Numbered from the stretch's first letter, positions 27,105-35,516 are shown. The stretch is 64,000 bases of DNA from an uncultured Chloroflexia bacterium (GCA_963840145.1 CAWIXR010000007.1:137592-201591), one strand, 5' to 3'. Numbers and translations are program-made. Notes: generated from the sequence alone by a model not told the origin.

Positions 27105-28730
27105 CTAGGGCGCAGGCGTTGGTGTCGGCGTCGGGGTCGGCGTGGGCGTCGGGGTCGGCGTGGGCGTCGGCGTGGGCGTGGGCGTCGGGGTCGGGGTCGG
27201 CGTGGGTGACGGGGTCGGTCCGCTGCTGATGACGAGGTCGACCTGGGAGCCGGCTTCGACATTGGCGCCCTCCGCCGGGTTGCTGCGGATGACGGACCCC
27301 TCGGGGATGGAAGGATCCGGCTCGCGCTCGACCGACCCGACGCTAAGGTCGAACTCGGCGAGCGTCTCGCGGGCCTGCTGCTCAGTCTGGCCTCGCAGCC
27401 GCGGCACCGCGACCTCGCCAGGCCCGGTTGACACGAACGCGACCAGCGCGGAGCCCTGCTCGGCCTCGTCGCCGCTGGCCGGCTCGCAGCGGATCACGCG
27501 ACCCTCGTCGACGTCCTCGGACGCCTGGTCCTCCTCGGTCAACGAGAACCCGAGGTCGGCCACCTGTGACCGGAGCGTCGGCAGCGAGACGTCGTTGCAG
27601 TTCGGCACCGTCACCAGCGCGACCGATGGGGTCGGCGACGCCCTTGGCACGACAACCAGCTGGACGCCGAGGAAGCCGATCGCCCCGAGCAGAAGCACGC
27701 CGAGCAGCGCAAGCAGCCACATCCACCACGGCTGGCCCTCGTCGCGGCGGTCGTAGGGGCGGGACGGGGGCGGGACCACGGGCGCGCGATCAGCCGGGGT
27801 CGTGACCCGCGGTGGAACGTAGACGGTCGGCTCACCGGCGGCCGGGGTGGCGGCTGCGACCGCGCCGGCTGCGGCGCCGGCTCCGACCGGCATCGCGCCC
27901 GGGTTGCGCCGCCACGCGCGGAGCGCCTCGGCCAATGCTCCAGCATCCGGGAAGCGGGCGAGCGGGTCGCGCTCGAGGGCGCGCATGACGATCGCCTCCA
28001 GGCCCGGCGGCTGCGGCCGGCCGATGGCGGTCGGGGAGGGCGGATCCTCGTTGAGGCGCTTGAGGGCGACAGCTGCGGCGGTATCGGCCTCGAACGGGCG
28101 GCGCGCGGTAAGCATCTCGTACAGAACGATGCCGAGCGAGTAGACGTCCGACGCGCCGGTCACCTCGTCCCCGCGCGCCTGCTCCGGGCTGAAGTAGTGG
28201 ACCGATCCGAGCGTCGTGCCGGTGACCGTCATCGACGCCTCGGCCACGGCGCGGGCGATGCCGAAGTCGGTGACCTTCGTGTCGCCGCCATCGGTGATCA
28301 GGATGTTGCCGGGCTTCACGTCGCGGTGGACGATGCCCTTGCGGTGGGCCACCTCCAGGGCGCTGGCGACGGCGACGGCGATCCGCACCGAGTCGTCGAC
28401 CGAGAGCGAGCCGCGCTCGCGCAGGATCGCCGAGAGGTCGCGCCCCGAGACGAGCTCCATGACGATGTACTGCTCGCCGTCCGCGCCATCGGTGCCGTAG
28501 TCGTAGACGCCGACGATGTTCGGGTGGCTGAGGCCGCCCGCGGCGCGCGCCTCCTGCTTGAAGCGGGCGGTGAAACCGGGGTCGGAGCTGAACTGGGGGC
28601 GGAGGATCTTGACCGCCACCTCGCGGTCGAGCTGCTCGTCGAGGGCGCGCCAGATCGTCGCCATGCCGCCCTCGCCGAGAGGGCCGATGAGCCGGTATCG
28701 CCCGCTGATGAGCCTGCCGATCATCTCCAC
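27105..28730 (-). CDS. transmembrane Ser/Thr protein kinase with extracellular PASTA repeats and a PT tail (PknB-like)
   Basis: Hanks motifs (GEGGMATIW, VAVKIL, HRDVKPGNIL, DFGIA, YFSPEQ), one TM helix, two PASTA-like repeats, and a C-terminal (TP)n tail. Confidence 0.9.
   Translation of the reverse strand: MEMIGRLISGRYRLIGPLGEGGMATIWRALDEQLDREVAVKILRPQFSSDPGFTARFKQEARAAGGLSHPNIVGVYDYGTDGADGEQYIVMELVSGRDLSAILRERGSLSVDDSVRIAVAVASALEVAHRKGIVHRDVKPGNILITDGGDTKVTDFGIARAVAEASMTVTGTTLGSVHYFSPEQARGDEVTGASDVYSLGIVLYEMLTARRPFEADTAAAVALKRLNEDPPSPTAIGRPQPPGLEAIVMRALERDPLARFPDAGALAEALRAWRRNPGAMPVGAGAAAGAVAAATPAAGEPTVYVPPRVTTPADRAPVVPPPSRPYDRRDEGQPWWMWLLALLGVLLLGAIGFLGVQLVVVPRASPTPSVALVTVPNCNDVSLPTLRSQVADLGFSLTEEDQASEDVDEGRVIRCEPASGDEAEQGSALVAFVSTGPGEVAVPRLRGQTEQQARETLAEFDLSVGSVEREPDPSIPEGSVIRSNPAEGANVEAGSQVDLVISSGPTPSPTPTPTPTPTPTPTPTPTPTPTPTPTPTPTPAP
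27108..27222. repeat. coding (PT)n microsatellite-like repeat at the kinase C-terminus
   Basis: GGCGTNGGNGTCGG hexanucleotide periodicity encoding [10 protein letters not shown]...TPAP. Confidence 0.8.
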
Positions 28731-28736
28731 GGTCGG

Positions 28737-29615
28737 TCAGTCTCGCAGGTCGAGACCGCGGATGTAAGCACGCACCTCGTCGGCGTCCTCCGACTCGAGC
28801 GCCACCGCGACGTTGGCCTTGAGCCAGCCGACCCGGGTGCCGGCGTCGTGGCGGGTGCCCTCGAACTGGTAGCCGAAGACGGGCTGCTCCCGGATGAGGC
28901 CGCGGATCGCATCGGTCAGCTGGATCTCGCCGCCGGCGCCGCGGCTCGTCTGCTCGAGGACGTCGAAGATCTTCGGGGTCAGGATGTAGCGGCCCAGCAC
29001 CGCCAGGTCCGAGGGAGCCTCGTCGACCGATGGCTTCTCGACGAGGTCGCGGATCTCGACCACGCGGCCCTCCTCGTGCAGCGGATCGACGATCCCGTAG
29101 CGGGTGACCTCCTCGCGTGGCACGCGCTGGACGGCGATGACCGAGCCGCGATGCGTGTTGTGCGCCTCGATCAGCTGCTTGGTGACCGGCGGGCCGCCCG
29201 GGTTGAGCATTACGTCGTCGCTGAGCAGCACCGCGAACGGCTCGTCGCCGACGAGGTCCTTGGCCACCAGCACCGCGTGCCCGAGGCCGAGCTGCTCGCG
29301 CTGGTGGACGAACGCGACCGTCCCGATCTCGCTGATGCGACGGATGATCCGGAGCATCTCGATGTCGCCGCGCTCCTCCAGCCAGCGCTCGAGCGCCGGG
29401 TTGGAATCGAAGTGGTCCTCGATCGCGCTGCGTCCGGTGGAGATGACGATGATGATCTGCTCGATTCCCGATGCCACCGCCTCCTCGACGGCGTACTGGA
29501 TGATCGGCCGGTCGACGAGCGGCATGACCTCCTTCGGGATGGCCTTGGTGGCCGGGAGGAAGCGGGTGCCGAAGCCGGCGGCGGGCAGGACGGCCTTACG
29601 GACGCGCGCGGTGAT
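28737..29615 (-). CDS. galU: UTP--glucose-1-phosphate uridylyltransferase; apparent non-canonical ATC start
   Basis: The conserved RKAVLPAAGFGTRFLPATKAIPKEV block lies upstream of the first ATG (29525). The in-frame window is closed by TGA nine codons above ATC 29615 and contains no ATG/GTG/TTG. AAGGAG lies 7 nt upstream of ATC. Confidence 0.8.
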   Translation of the reverse strand: MTARVRKAVLPAAGFGTRFLPATKAIPKEVMPLVDRPIIQYAVEEAVASGIEQIIIVISTGRSAIEDHFDSNPALERWLEERGDIEMLRIIRRISEIGTVAFVHQREQLGLGHAVLVAKDLVGDEPFAVLLSDDVMLNPGGPPVTKQLIEAHNTHRGSVIAVQRVPREEVTRYGIVDPLHEEGRVVEIRDLVEKPSVDEAPSDLAVLGRYILTPKIFDVLEQTSRGAGGEIQLTDAIRGLIREQPVFGYQFEGTRHDAGTRVGWLKANVAVALESEDADEVRAYIRGLDLRD

Positions 29616-29776
29616 GGCGTGACTCCTTGTTGTGTGATCTCACCGGAGCGTGACGCTGGCGCACTCGGATTGCCCGCGGCGATGCCGCGCTCGGGGTCGT
29701 CACTGGGGACGAAAGTATACCCGCCCATCGTTGCAGGGCCCGCGAAGGAGGGCCTGACGGTACAATCGCGCCGCCG

Positions 29777-30211
29777 ATGCTGAAGTCCCTGGTTCGAACC
29801 CTCCGCGGACCGAGTCGCGACCCGCGGATGGCCTACGTCAGCCGCCCGATGCCGCGCGACCTGCCCGACGAGCAGGTGATCGCGGCGCTCGAGATCGCCC
29901 TCGCCGCCGACCCCAATCCGGCGTATCTGGTCGAGACATTGCCGGCGGCGCTGAAGGAGGTCACCGGTCGCGACCTTCGGGTGCTGGACCGATCCGTCCG
30001 CGACGTCACCGGAGCCTTCACCAAGGTCCAGATCATGATCCGCGACGGCGACGTCGGCAGCTGGCCGGGCTACGACGCGATGTCCTACCCGCTGCTGGCC
30101 CCCTCCGAGCAGGCGGAGGCCGCTCGCGCAGCGATCATCGCCGCCGATGAGGCCACCCCCGCCGGCCCGAAACTCGGCTGGGAGCCGCCCCCGCCGCCGG
30201 AGCGCCGCTAG
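29777..30211 (+). CDS. hypothetical protein
   Basis: 144-aa ORF with coding-like third-position G+C. TACAAT 29761-29766 lies 10 nt upstream of the ATG. No motif recognised. Confidence 0.5.
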   Translation: MLKSLVRTLRGPSRDPRMAYVSRPMPRDLPDEQVIAALEIALAADPNPAYLVETLPAALKEVTGRDLRVLDRSVRDVTGAFTKVQIMIRDGDVGSWPGYDAMSYPLLAPSEQAEAARAAIIAADEATPAGPKLGWEPPPPPERR

Positions 30212-30216
30212 CAGCC

Positions 30217-30396
30217 GTGGGCCGCCAGAACGTCCCTCGCGACCAGTGGCTCGAGCTTGGCTACGAGTGCCCGCGCTGTGGCGAGCAGCTCTACGAGTCG
30301 ATGGTGTACTCGTGGCGCCCCGTCCCGGAGGACCCGAAGCTGCTGCTGCTGTTCTGCCCGAACTGTGGCGATCGCGTGGAGATCAACCACATCTAG
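30217..30396 (+). CDS. small zinc-ribbon protein (59 aa), absent from the ORF track
   Basis: GTG 30217 to TAG 30394-30396: (M)GRQNVPRDQWLELGYECPRCGEQLYESMVYSWRPVPEDPKLLLLFCPNCGDRVEINHI. Two CxxC knuckles and near-uniform G/C at third positions. Confidence 0.55.
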   Translation: MGRQNVPRDQWLELGYECPRCGEQLYESMVYSWRPVPEDPKLLLLFCPNCGDRVEINHI

Positions 30397-30445
30397 GGAG
30401 CGCGTGATGCGCGTATATACATATATACACGGCGGCCAAGTGAGA

Positions 30446-30522
30446 TGGTGCCCCCAAGGGGATTCGAACCCCTGATCTCCACCTTGAAAGGGTGGCGTCC
30501 TAGGCCTCTAGACGATGGGGGC
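30446..30522 (-). tRNA. tRNA-Glu (anticodon UUC), CCA encoded
   Basis: Reverse complement GCCCCCA-TC-GTCTAGAGGCCTAGGAC-G-CCACC-CTTTCAA-GGTGG-AGATC-AGGGG-TTCGAAT-CCCCT-TGGGGGC-A-CCA. Confidence 0.9.
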
Positions 30523-30563
30523 GTCGCGCAACGGTCCCCTCGAATGCTACCAGCGAACGGCGC

Positions 30564-30875
30564 TCAGCCGAGGTAGAAGAGCAGGATCAGGATCAGCAGG
30601 CCGGCGAGCGCGACCGCGGCGACGAGCGCCATCAGCCCGCCACCGATGGCGACCAGCACCGACTGCCCGCCCTGCCGCCGTCGGGCCATGCGGCTGCCCC
30701 AGATCCAGCCCTGGCTGTAGAGGAAGAGCCCGATCAGGGTGCCGAGGATGCCGGCCGCCAGGAGGGCCAGGACGGAGAGGTCGGCGTCGCGCCCGAGCAG
30801 CGCCAGGGCGGCGAGCCCTCCGGCGATGATCAGGCCGACGATACCGATGATGGCGTTGCGCAGGAGCGGATGCAC
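30564..30875 (-). CDS. small integral membrane protein (3 TM helices)
   Basis: GTG 30875: (M)HPLLRNAIIGIVGLIIAGGLAALALL..LLAAGILGTLIGLFLY..VLVAIGGGLMALVAAVALAGLLILILLFYLG. High third-position G+C. Confidence 0.55.
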   Translation of the reverse strand: MHPLLRNAIIGIVGLIIAGGLAALALLGRDADLSVLALLAAGILGTLIGLFLYSQGWIWGSRMARRRQGGQSVLVAIGGGLMALVAAVALAGLLILILLFYLG

Positions 30876-30999
30876 GGCGCGCCATTCTAGCCGCCGATCG
30901 TCGTCGGGCCGCTGGCGCTTGGTTGCTCCGGGTACGCAACTTGCTTCGACGTGCGGCGTGCCGCTGGACGCGGCCGCATGCAGCAACAGGAGGCGCCCG

Positions 31000-31272
31000 A
31001 TGCCTGAGCGACGGAGTGCCGACCACAACGGAACGCCCATCGACGAGGGCAACATGAGCGTCCGGGAGGCCGGGCGCAAGGGCGGCAAGACCACGCGGGC
31101 GCGGTACGGTGCCGAGTTCTTCCAGGAGATCGGTGCAAAGGGCGGCCGGACCGTCAGCGAGCGCTACTCGAACGAGCACTTCCGCGAGATCGGCCGCAAG
31201 GGTGGCCGTCGGGTCGCGGAGCTGATCGCGCGTGCCAAGAGCATGGACGAGGGCGCTCAGAAGCCGGAGTAG
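31000..31272 (+). CDS. KGG-repeat general stress protein
   Basis: 90 aa with repeated ..EAGRKGGKTT..FFQEIGAKGGRTV..FREIGRKGGRRV.. AGGAGG lies 6 nt upstream of ATG 31000. Confidence 0.75.
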   Translation: MPERRSADHNGTPIDEGNMSVREAGRKGGKTTRARYGAEFFQEIGAKGGRTVSERYSNEHFREIGRKGGRRVAELIARAKSMDEGAQKPE

Positions 31273-31862
31273 CGCTGCTCCTTCCAGGGATCGGCCTCGT
31301 TGTGGTAGCCGTTGCGCTCCCAGAAGCCTGGCCGATCCTCCGCGCTGAACTCCACCCCGCGCAGCCACTTCGCGCTCTTCCAGAAGTACGGACCGTGGAC
31401 GATCGCCCGCAGCGGGTAGCCGTGCTCGGGCGTGAGCGGCTCGCCGTCGTACGACCACGCCAGCATGCACTCCGGCCGCATGGCGGTCTCGAGAGGGACG
31501 TTCGCCGTGTAGCCGCCCTCGGCGTGGAAGATCACGAACCGCGCGGCTTCAGTTGGCTGCGCCACCTCGGCGATGTGCGTGAACGCGACGCCCTCCCAGC
31601 GCGTGTCGAGCTTCGACCAGCGGGTGACGCAGTGGATGTCGAGGGTCTGCTCCGCGATCGGCAGGTTGCGGAACTCCGCCCAGCGCAGCGTGAACGGCTC
31701 GGCCACCTCGCCCCACACCCGGAAGTCCCAGCCCGACAGGTCGGCGTACGAGGGCACCCGCCCGAAGTGGAGGACGGGGAACTTGTCGGTCAGCACCTGT
31801 CCCGGCGGGACGCGCGCGGCGAGCTCCGGCGGTACGTTGCGTCGCTGCCAGGGGAAGACCAT
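31257..31862 (-). CDS. sulfite-oxidase-like molybdopterin oxidoreductase (small single-domain form)
   Basis: MVFPWQRRNVPPELAARVPPGQVLTDKFPVLHFG..LDIHCVTRWSKLDTRWEGV..GYPLRAIVHGPYFWKSAKWLRGVEF.. Only the last 201 aa of the 730-aa track ORF are coding. Confidence 0.75.
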   Translation of the reverse strand: MVFPWQRRNVPPELAARVPPGQVLTDKFPVLHFGRVPSYADLSGWDFRVWGEVAEPFTLRWAEFRNLPIAEQTLDIHCVTRWSKLDTRWEGVAFTHIAEVAQPTEAARFVIFHAEGGYTANVPLETAMRPECMLAWSYDGEPLTPEHGYPLRAIVHGPYFWKSAKWLRGVEFSAEDRPGFWERNGYHNEADPWKEQRYSGF

Positions 31863-31907
31863 GAGCCGATGGTACGCGGCTGCCCGACGCCTGCCTAGAC
31901 TGGACCG

Positions 31908-33638
31908 ATGCCCCCGCGCTCGACGCCCTTCGCCGCGCTTGCCGGCACTGCCGCCGCCGTCGGCGCGACCCGCAGCAAGAACGCGAAGCGCGACCTGCTC
32001 GCCGCGTACCTGCGTGACCTGCCGCTCGGCGACCTGCCGGGGGCGACCGTCTTCTTCGCCGGCCGGCCGCTCGTCGACCCGACCGCCAAGCTCGGCCTGG
32101 GGTGGGTCCAGCAGGGCGCGGCGCTGGCCGCGGCGAGTGGCGCCGGCGAGGAGGCGCTGCGGGCCGCGTACCTCCGCCACTCGGACTTCGGCGACGCGGC
32201 CGCTGACCTCGTCACCGAGGGCAGCGGCAGGCCATTGACGGTCACGGACGTCGCGAACGGCTTCGCCGCGATCGCCGCGGCGGGATCCGCTGCCGAACGG
32301 GTCGCGCTGATGACCGATCTCTACCGTCGCGCAACGACGGAGGAGGCGCGCTTCATCGGCCGCGTCGCGTCGCGCGAGACCCGCATCGGCCTGCGCGAGG
32401 GGCTGCTGGAGGAGGCGATCGCCACCGCCTTCGACGCCGATCCGGATGCGGTGCGCCGGGCGCACATGCTGACCGGCGAGATCGGTGAGACGGCGGTACT
32501 GGCCCGCGAGGGGCGCCTCGCCGAGGCCGCGCTGCACGTCGGCCGTCCGATCCGCTTCATGCTGGCGACGCCGGTGGCGGACGCCGTCGAGGTGATGCGG
32601 CGGGTCGGCGACGAGGCCTGGATCGAGGATAAGTACGACGGCATCCGCGCCCAGCTGCACATCGAGGCCGGCGGCACACCGCGGCTGTTCAGCCGCGACC
32701 TCAACGACGTGACCCGCTCGTTTCCGGAGGTCGTCGAGGCCGCCGCGGCGCTGGCCGGCGAGGCGCCGCTGGTCATCGACGGCGAGCTCGTGCCGTGGCG
32801 AGAGGGATCGGTCCTGGACTTCGCGTCGCTGCAGACCCGGTTGGGCCGGGTGAAGCCCTCGAAGGAGCTGCTGGCCGAGGTGCCGGTCGTGCTCGTCGCC
32901 TTCGACCTGCTGCACCACGCCGGCCGCGACCTGCTCGAATCGCCCCTCCGGGAACGTCGCGCCGCCCTCGACGCGCTGTCGCTGCCGGAGCGGACCGGCG
33001 AGCGGATGCTGCGCTCGCACCTGGCGACGGCGCGATCGGCGAAGGAGGTCGACGGCCACTTCGACGACGCCCGCGAACGGCGCAACGAGGGCCTGATGGT
33101 CAAGGACCCCGACTCGACCTACCAGCCCGGTCGCCGCGGGCTCGGGTGGCTGAAGCTGAAGAAGGCGCTGGCCACGCTCGACTGCGTCGTCGTCGGCGTC
33201 GAGTGGGGCCACGGCAAGCGCCGCGGCGTGCTCAGTGACTACACCTTCGCCGTGCGCGAGACCGATGAGCCCGACGCGCGCCTGCTCACGATCGGCAAGG
33301 CCTACACCGGCCTGACCGATGCCGAGATCGCGACGATGACCGAGCATTTCAAGGCGATCACGCTCCAGGACCATGGCCGATACCGGACCGTCGTGCCCGA
33401 GGTCGTCGTCGAGATTGCCTTCGACCGGATCATGCGCTCGGCGCGGCACCGGTCGGGGTTCGCGATGCGCTTCCCGCGGATCGCGCGCATCCGGGACGAC
33501 AAGATGCCGGCCGAGATCGACACGATGGCGACCGTCGAGGCGCTGTTCGGGGAGCAGGCTTCCGGCCGCATCCTGCTCGCCACCGGCGCGAGCGGCGAGA
33601 CCGAGCGCATCGCCGCCGTCGGCTCCGGCGACGAGTGA
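31908..33638 (+). CDS. ATP-dependent DNA ligase (three-domain DBD-NTase-OB type)
   Basis: 576 aa. Motif I EDKYDGIRAQLH, VIDGELV (III), LVAFDLL (IIIa), NEGLMVKD (IV), WLKLKK (V), and OB/motif VI ..RFPRIARIRDDK. TAGACT lies 6 nt before the ATG. Confidence 0.9.
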   Translation: MPPRSTPFAALAGTAAAVGATRSKNAKRDLLAAYLRDLPLGDLPGATVFFAGRPLVDPTAKLGLGWVQQGAALAAASGAGEEALRAAYLRHSDFGDAAADLVTEGSGRPLTVTDVANGFAAIAAAGSAAERVALMTDLYRRATTEEARFIGRVASRETRIGLREGLLEEAIATAFDADPDAVRRAHMLTGEIGETAVLAREGRLAEAALHVGRPIRFMLATPVADAVEVMRRVGDEAWIEDKYDGIRAQLHIEAGGTPRLFSRDLNDVTRSFPEVVEAAAALAGEAPLVIDGELVPWREGSVLDFASLQTRLGRVKPSKELLAEVPVVLVAFDLLHHAGRDLLESPLRERRAALDALSLPERTGERMLRSHLATARSAKEVDGHFDDARERRNEGLMVKDPDSTYQPGRRGLGWLKLKKALATLDCVVVGVEWGHGKRRGVLSDYTFAVRETDEPDARLLTIGKAYTGLTDAEIATMTEHFKAITLQDHGRYRTVVPEVVVEIAFDRIMRSARHRSGFAMRFPRIARIRDDKMPAEIDTMATVEALFGEQASGRILLATGASGETERIAAVGSGDE

Positions 33639-33654
33639 CGTACGATCCGCCCCG

Positions 33655-33840
33655 ATGAGCGCGTTCGACGCGGGGGCGTTCGGCGGCGGCGGGATCGGTG
33701 CGGTGCGACCGGTCGCGGTCGAGATCTACACCGCGGCCTACCGGGTCTCGGGCAGCATCGAGACGCGCTTCAGCCGCGTCGACCGAGATCCTCAACCAGC
33801 AGGTCGGCGGCCACCTGGCGGTCGATCCGCGCGACCGTGA
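33655..33840 (+). CDS. N-terminal fragment of a tandem-domain hypothetical protein (see findings)
   Basis: ATG 33655 MSAFDAGAFGGGGIGAVRPVAVEIYTAAYRVSGSIETRFSRVD.. The coding-like codon bias leaves this frame at about 33784. Confidence 0.45.
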   Translation: MSAFDAGAFGGGGIGAVRPVAVEIYTAAYRVSGSIETRFSRVDRDPQPAGRRPPGGRSARP

Positions 33841-34250
33841 GCGAGCACGCCGATCCGACCGCGCCGCTCACCGCGCCGACCGCGCTGGTGTCGGTCGAGG
33901 AGATCCTCATCATGGTCGCGGCCGACCTCTCGGGCAGCTCCGGCGAGATGCGCATCCAGAAGCGCCCCGTTCACGCGCAGCTCGCCATCCCGCCCTTCCT
34001 GATCGGCGGCACGATCCACGTTCCGATGGAGAGCCGGCCCGTCGACGGGCTGCTTCTCGGAACCGACCAGTTCATCGCCATGACCGATGCCACGGTCGCG
34101 TCGGGCACGCATCCCGAGCTCGGTCGCACGGCCCCGGTGCTCGCGCTGCGCCGCGGCCGCGCGCACGTGCTGCTGATCGCCGACGACGACGAGGCGGATG
34201 AGCCCGCGAGCGAGGCGCCCGGCGAGGCGCCCGGCGAGGAGGGCGGCTAG
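33837..34250 (+). CDS. C-terminal part of the same tandem-domain hypothetical protein
   Basis: 137-aa ORF from GTG 33837. The second repeat ..VHAQLAIPPFLIGGTIHVP..FIAMTDATVASG..VLALRRGRAHVLLIADDD mirrors the pattern of the upstream fragment. Acidic tail. Confidence 0.6.
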   Translation: MSEHADPTAPLTAPTALVSVEEILIMVAADLSGSSGEMRIQKRPVHAQLAIPPFLIGGTIHVPMESRPVDGLLLGTDQFIAMTDATVASGTHPELGRTAPVLALRRGRAHVLLIADDDEADEPASEAPGEAPGEEGG

Positions 34251-35002
34251 GGTCCCCGGTCGACGACCGGCCTGGCCGCGAACGGCCTGGCCGGCTCTGC
34301 GGCGTCGAGCACCGCCTCGATGAGGCGGGCGCTGTCCGCGGCGTCCATCCGTCGCACGAGGCCGATCGAGTTCGCCCACCACGGCGCATTGTCGGCGGTC
34401 ACGATCTCGTCCTCGGGCTCCTCGAGCACGATCTGCGAGTGCTGGCGCGGGAAGACGACGGCGGGGCGTATCGGCATGTCCGGCAGGCCGGCATCCCGGG
34501 CCCAGCGCACGACGCCGTCACAAAGCGAGTTGGCGTCCCAGCTCGGGTTCGTCCGGCAGCGGATCCATCCCTTCTTGCCGCGGGCGTCGAACTCCCAGAT
34601 CCGACCACGCACGCGGTAGCGGCCGACCCAGTCGCGCACGGTGATGACCCGGACACCCGCGGGGCCCACGAGGATGCCGTCGAGGCGGCTTGCGTCGCGG
34701 ATCGCGAGCCGTGGGGCGACGATCAGCGCGTAGCTGTCGTCGAAGGTCTCACCCATCAGGGCGGCCATCGCGCCGGTCAGCTGCCGCGACCGGTTCGGCT
34801 TCAGGATGCGGACGAGCCACGCGGCGCCGATGCCGAGGGCGATGGCGGCAGTTCCGGCACCGAGCGCCGCACCGAGTGTGGTCGTCGAGACGAGCAGGGT
34901 CAGCTCCATCGCCAGGATGCCGGTCACGACCATCGCGATCGCCAGGAGCATCGGCCGTCGGCGCGCGGTCGTCGACAGGGCCTTCGGCCGGATCACGCGC
35001 AT
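34247..35002 (-). CDS. membrane-anchored NERD-like domain protein
   Basis: 251 aa. Two N-terminal TM helices, then ..YALIVAPRL..RLDGILVGPAGVRVITVRDWVGRY.. resembling a nuclease-related (NERD) domain. GGAGG lies 8 nt upstream of the ATG. Confidence 0.45.
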   Translation of the reverse strand: MRVIRPKALSTTARRRPMLLAIAMVVTGILAMELTLLVSTTTLGAALGAGTAAIALGIGAAWLVRILKPNRSRQLTGAMAALMGETFDDSYALIVAPRLAIRDASRLDGILVGPAGVRVITVRDWVGRYRVRGRIWEFDARGKKGWIRCRTNPSWDANSLCDGVVRWARDAGLPDMPIRPAVVFPRQHSQIVLEEPEDEIVTADNAPWWANSIGLVRRMDAADSARLIEAVLDAAEPARPFAARPVVDRGP

Positions 35003-35034
35003 CGGTCATGCCTCCGCTCGGCTAGGCTCGTCAG

Positions 35035-35505
35035 ATGTCGAATCACATCGTCGCCACCGTCGATCCCGAGACCAGCCGCGTCGACGCCCGCGCCGACGGC
35101 GGCGGATCGATCGCGCTCGAGCTCGATGAGCGCGGCGGACCGACTCCGATCGACGGCCTGCTGGCGTCGCTCGCGGGGTGCACGGCGATGGACGTCGCCG
35201 GCATCCTGAAGAAGAAGCGGCAGTCCGCGACCGCGTACGAGGTCGAAGTCGACGGAGATCGCGTCGAGGAGCACCCGCGCGTCTTCACCGCCATCCGCGT
35301 CGAGCACCGGGTGCGCGGCGCGGTCGAGCCCGAGGCGCTGCGGCGTTCGATCGAGCTGTCGGCGACGATCTACTGCCCGGTCAGCGCGATGCTGTCGGCG
35401 GTCGCGCGCATCGAGCATCGGTACCGGCTGGTCGACGATGCCGGCCGCGAGCATGCGGCCGTGGTGGCTGTGCTCGGCCCGGGGGAGCGGCGCCTCCCGG
35501 GCTAG
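35035..35505 (+). CDS. OsmC/Ohr-family peroxiredoxin-like protein
   Basis: 156 aa. ..PTPIDGLLASLAGCTAMDV.. and ..ELSATIYCPVSAML.. are the two conserved Cys contexts. TAGGCT lies 6 nt before the ATG. Confidence 0.8.
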   Translation: MSNHIVATVDPETSRVDARADGGGSIALELDERGGPTPIDGLLASLAGCTAMDVAGILKKKRQSATAYEVEVDGDRVEEHPRVFTAIRVEHRVRGAVEPEALRRSIELSATIYCPVSAMLSAVARIEHRYRLVDDAGREHAAVVAVLGPGERRLPG

Positions 35506-35516
35506 CGCCGCCCGGA

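Noticed and set aside
29788-29812. GGTTCGAACCC at the 5' end of ORF 29777, resembling a tRNA T-arm. This could be an att-site remnant pairing with tRNA-Glu at 30446-30522 and so delimit a small island.
   Set aside because: Only about 9 nt (TTCGAACCC) match, around a palindromic TTCGAA. No flanking T-stem complementarity, no integrase and no compositional shift were seen in between. It is most likely chance.
30208-30390. 60-aa minus-strand ORF between the hypothetical gene and tRNA-Glu.
   Set aside because: The plus-strand frame 30217-30396 has far better third-position G+C and encodes a double-CxxC zinc ribbon. The minus-strand translation is featureless.
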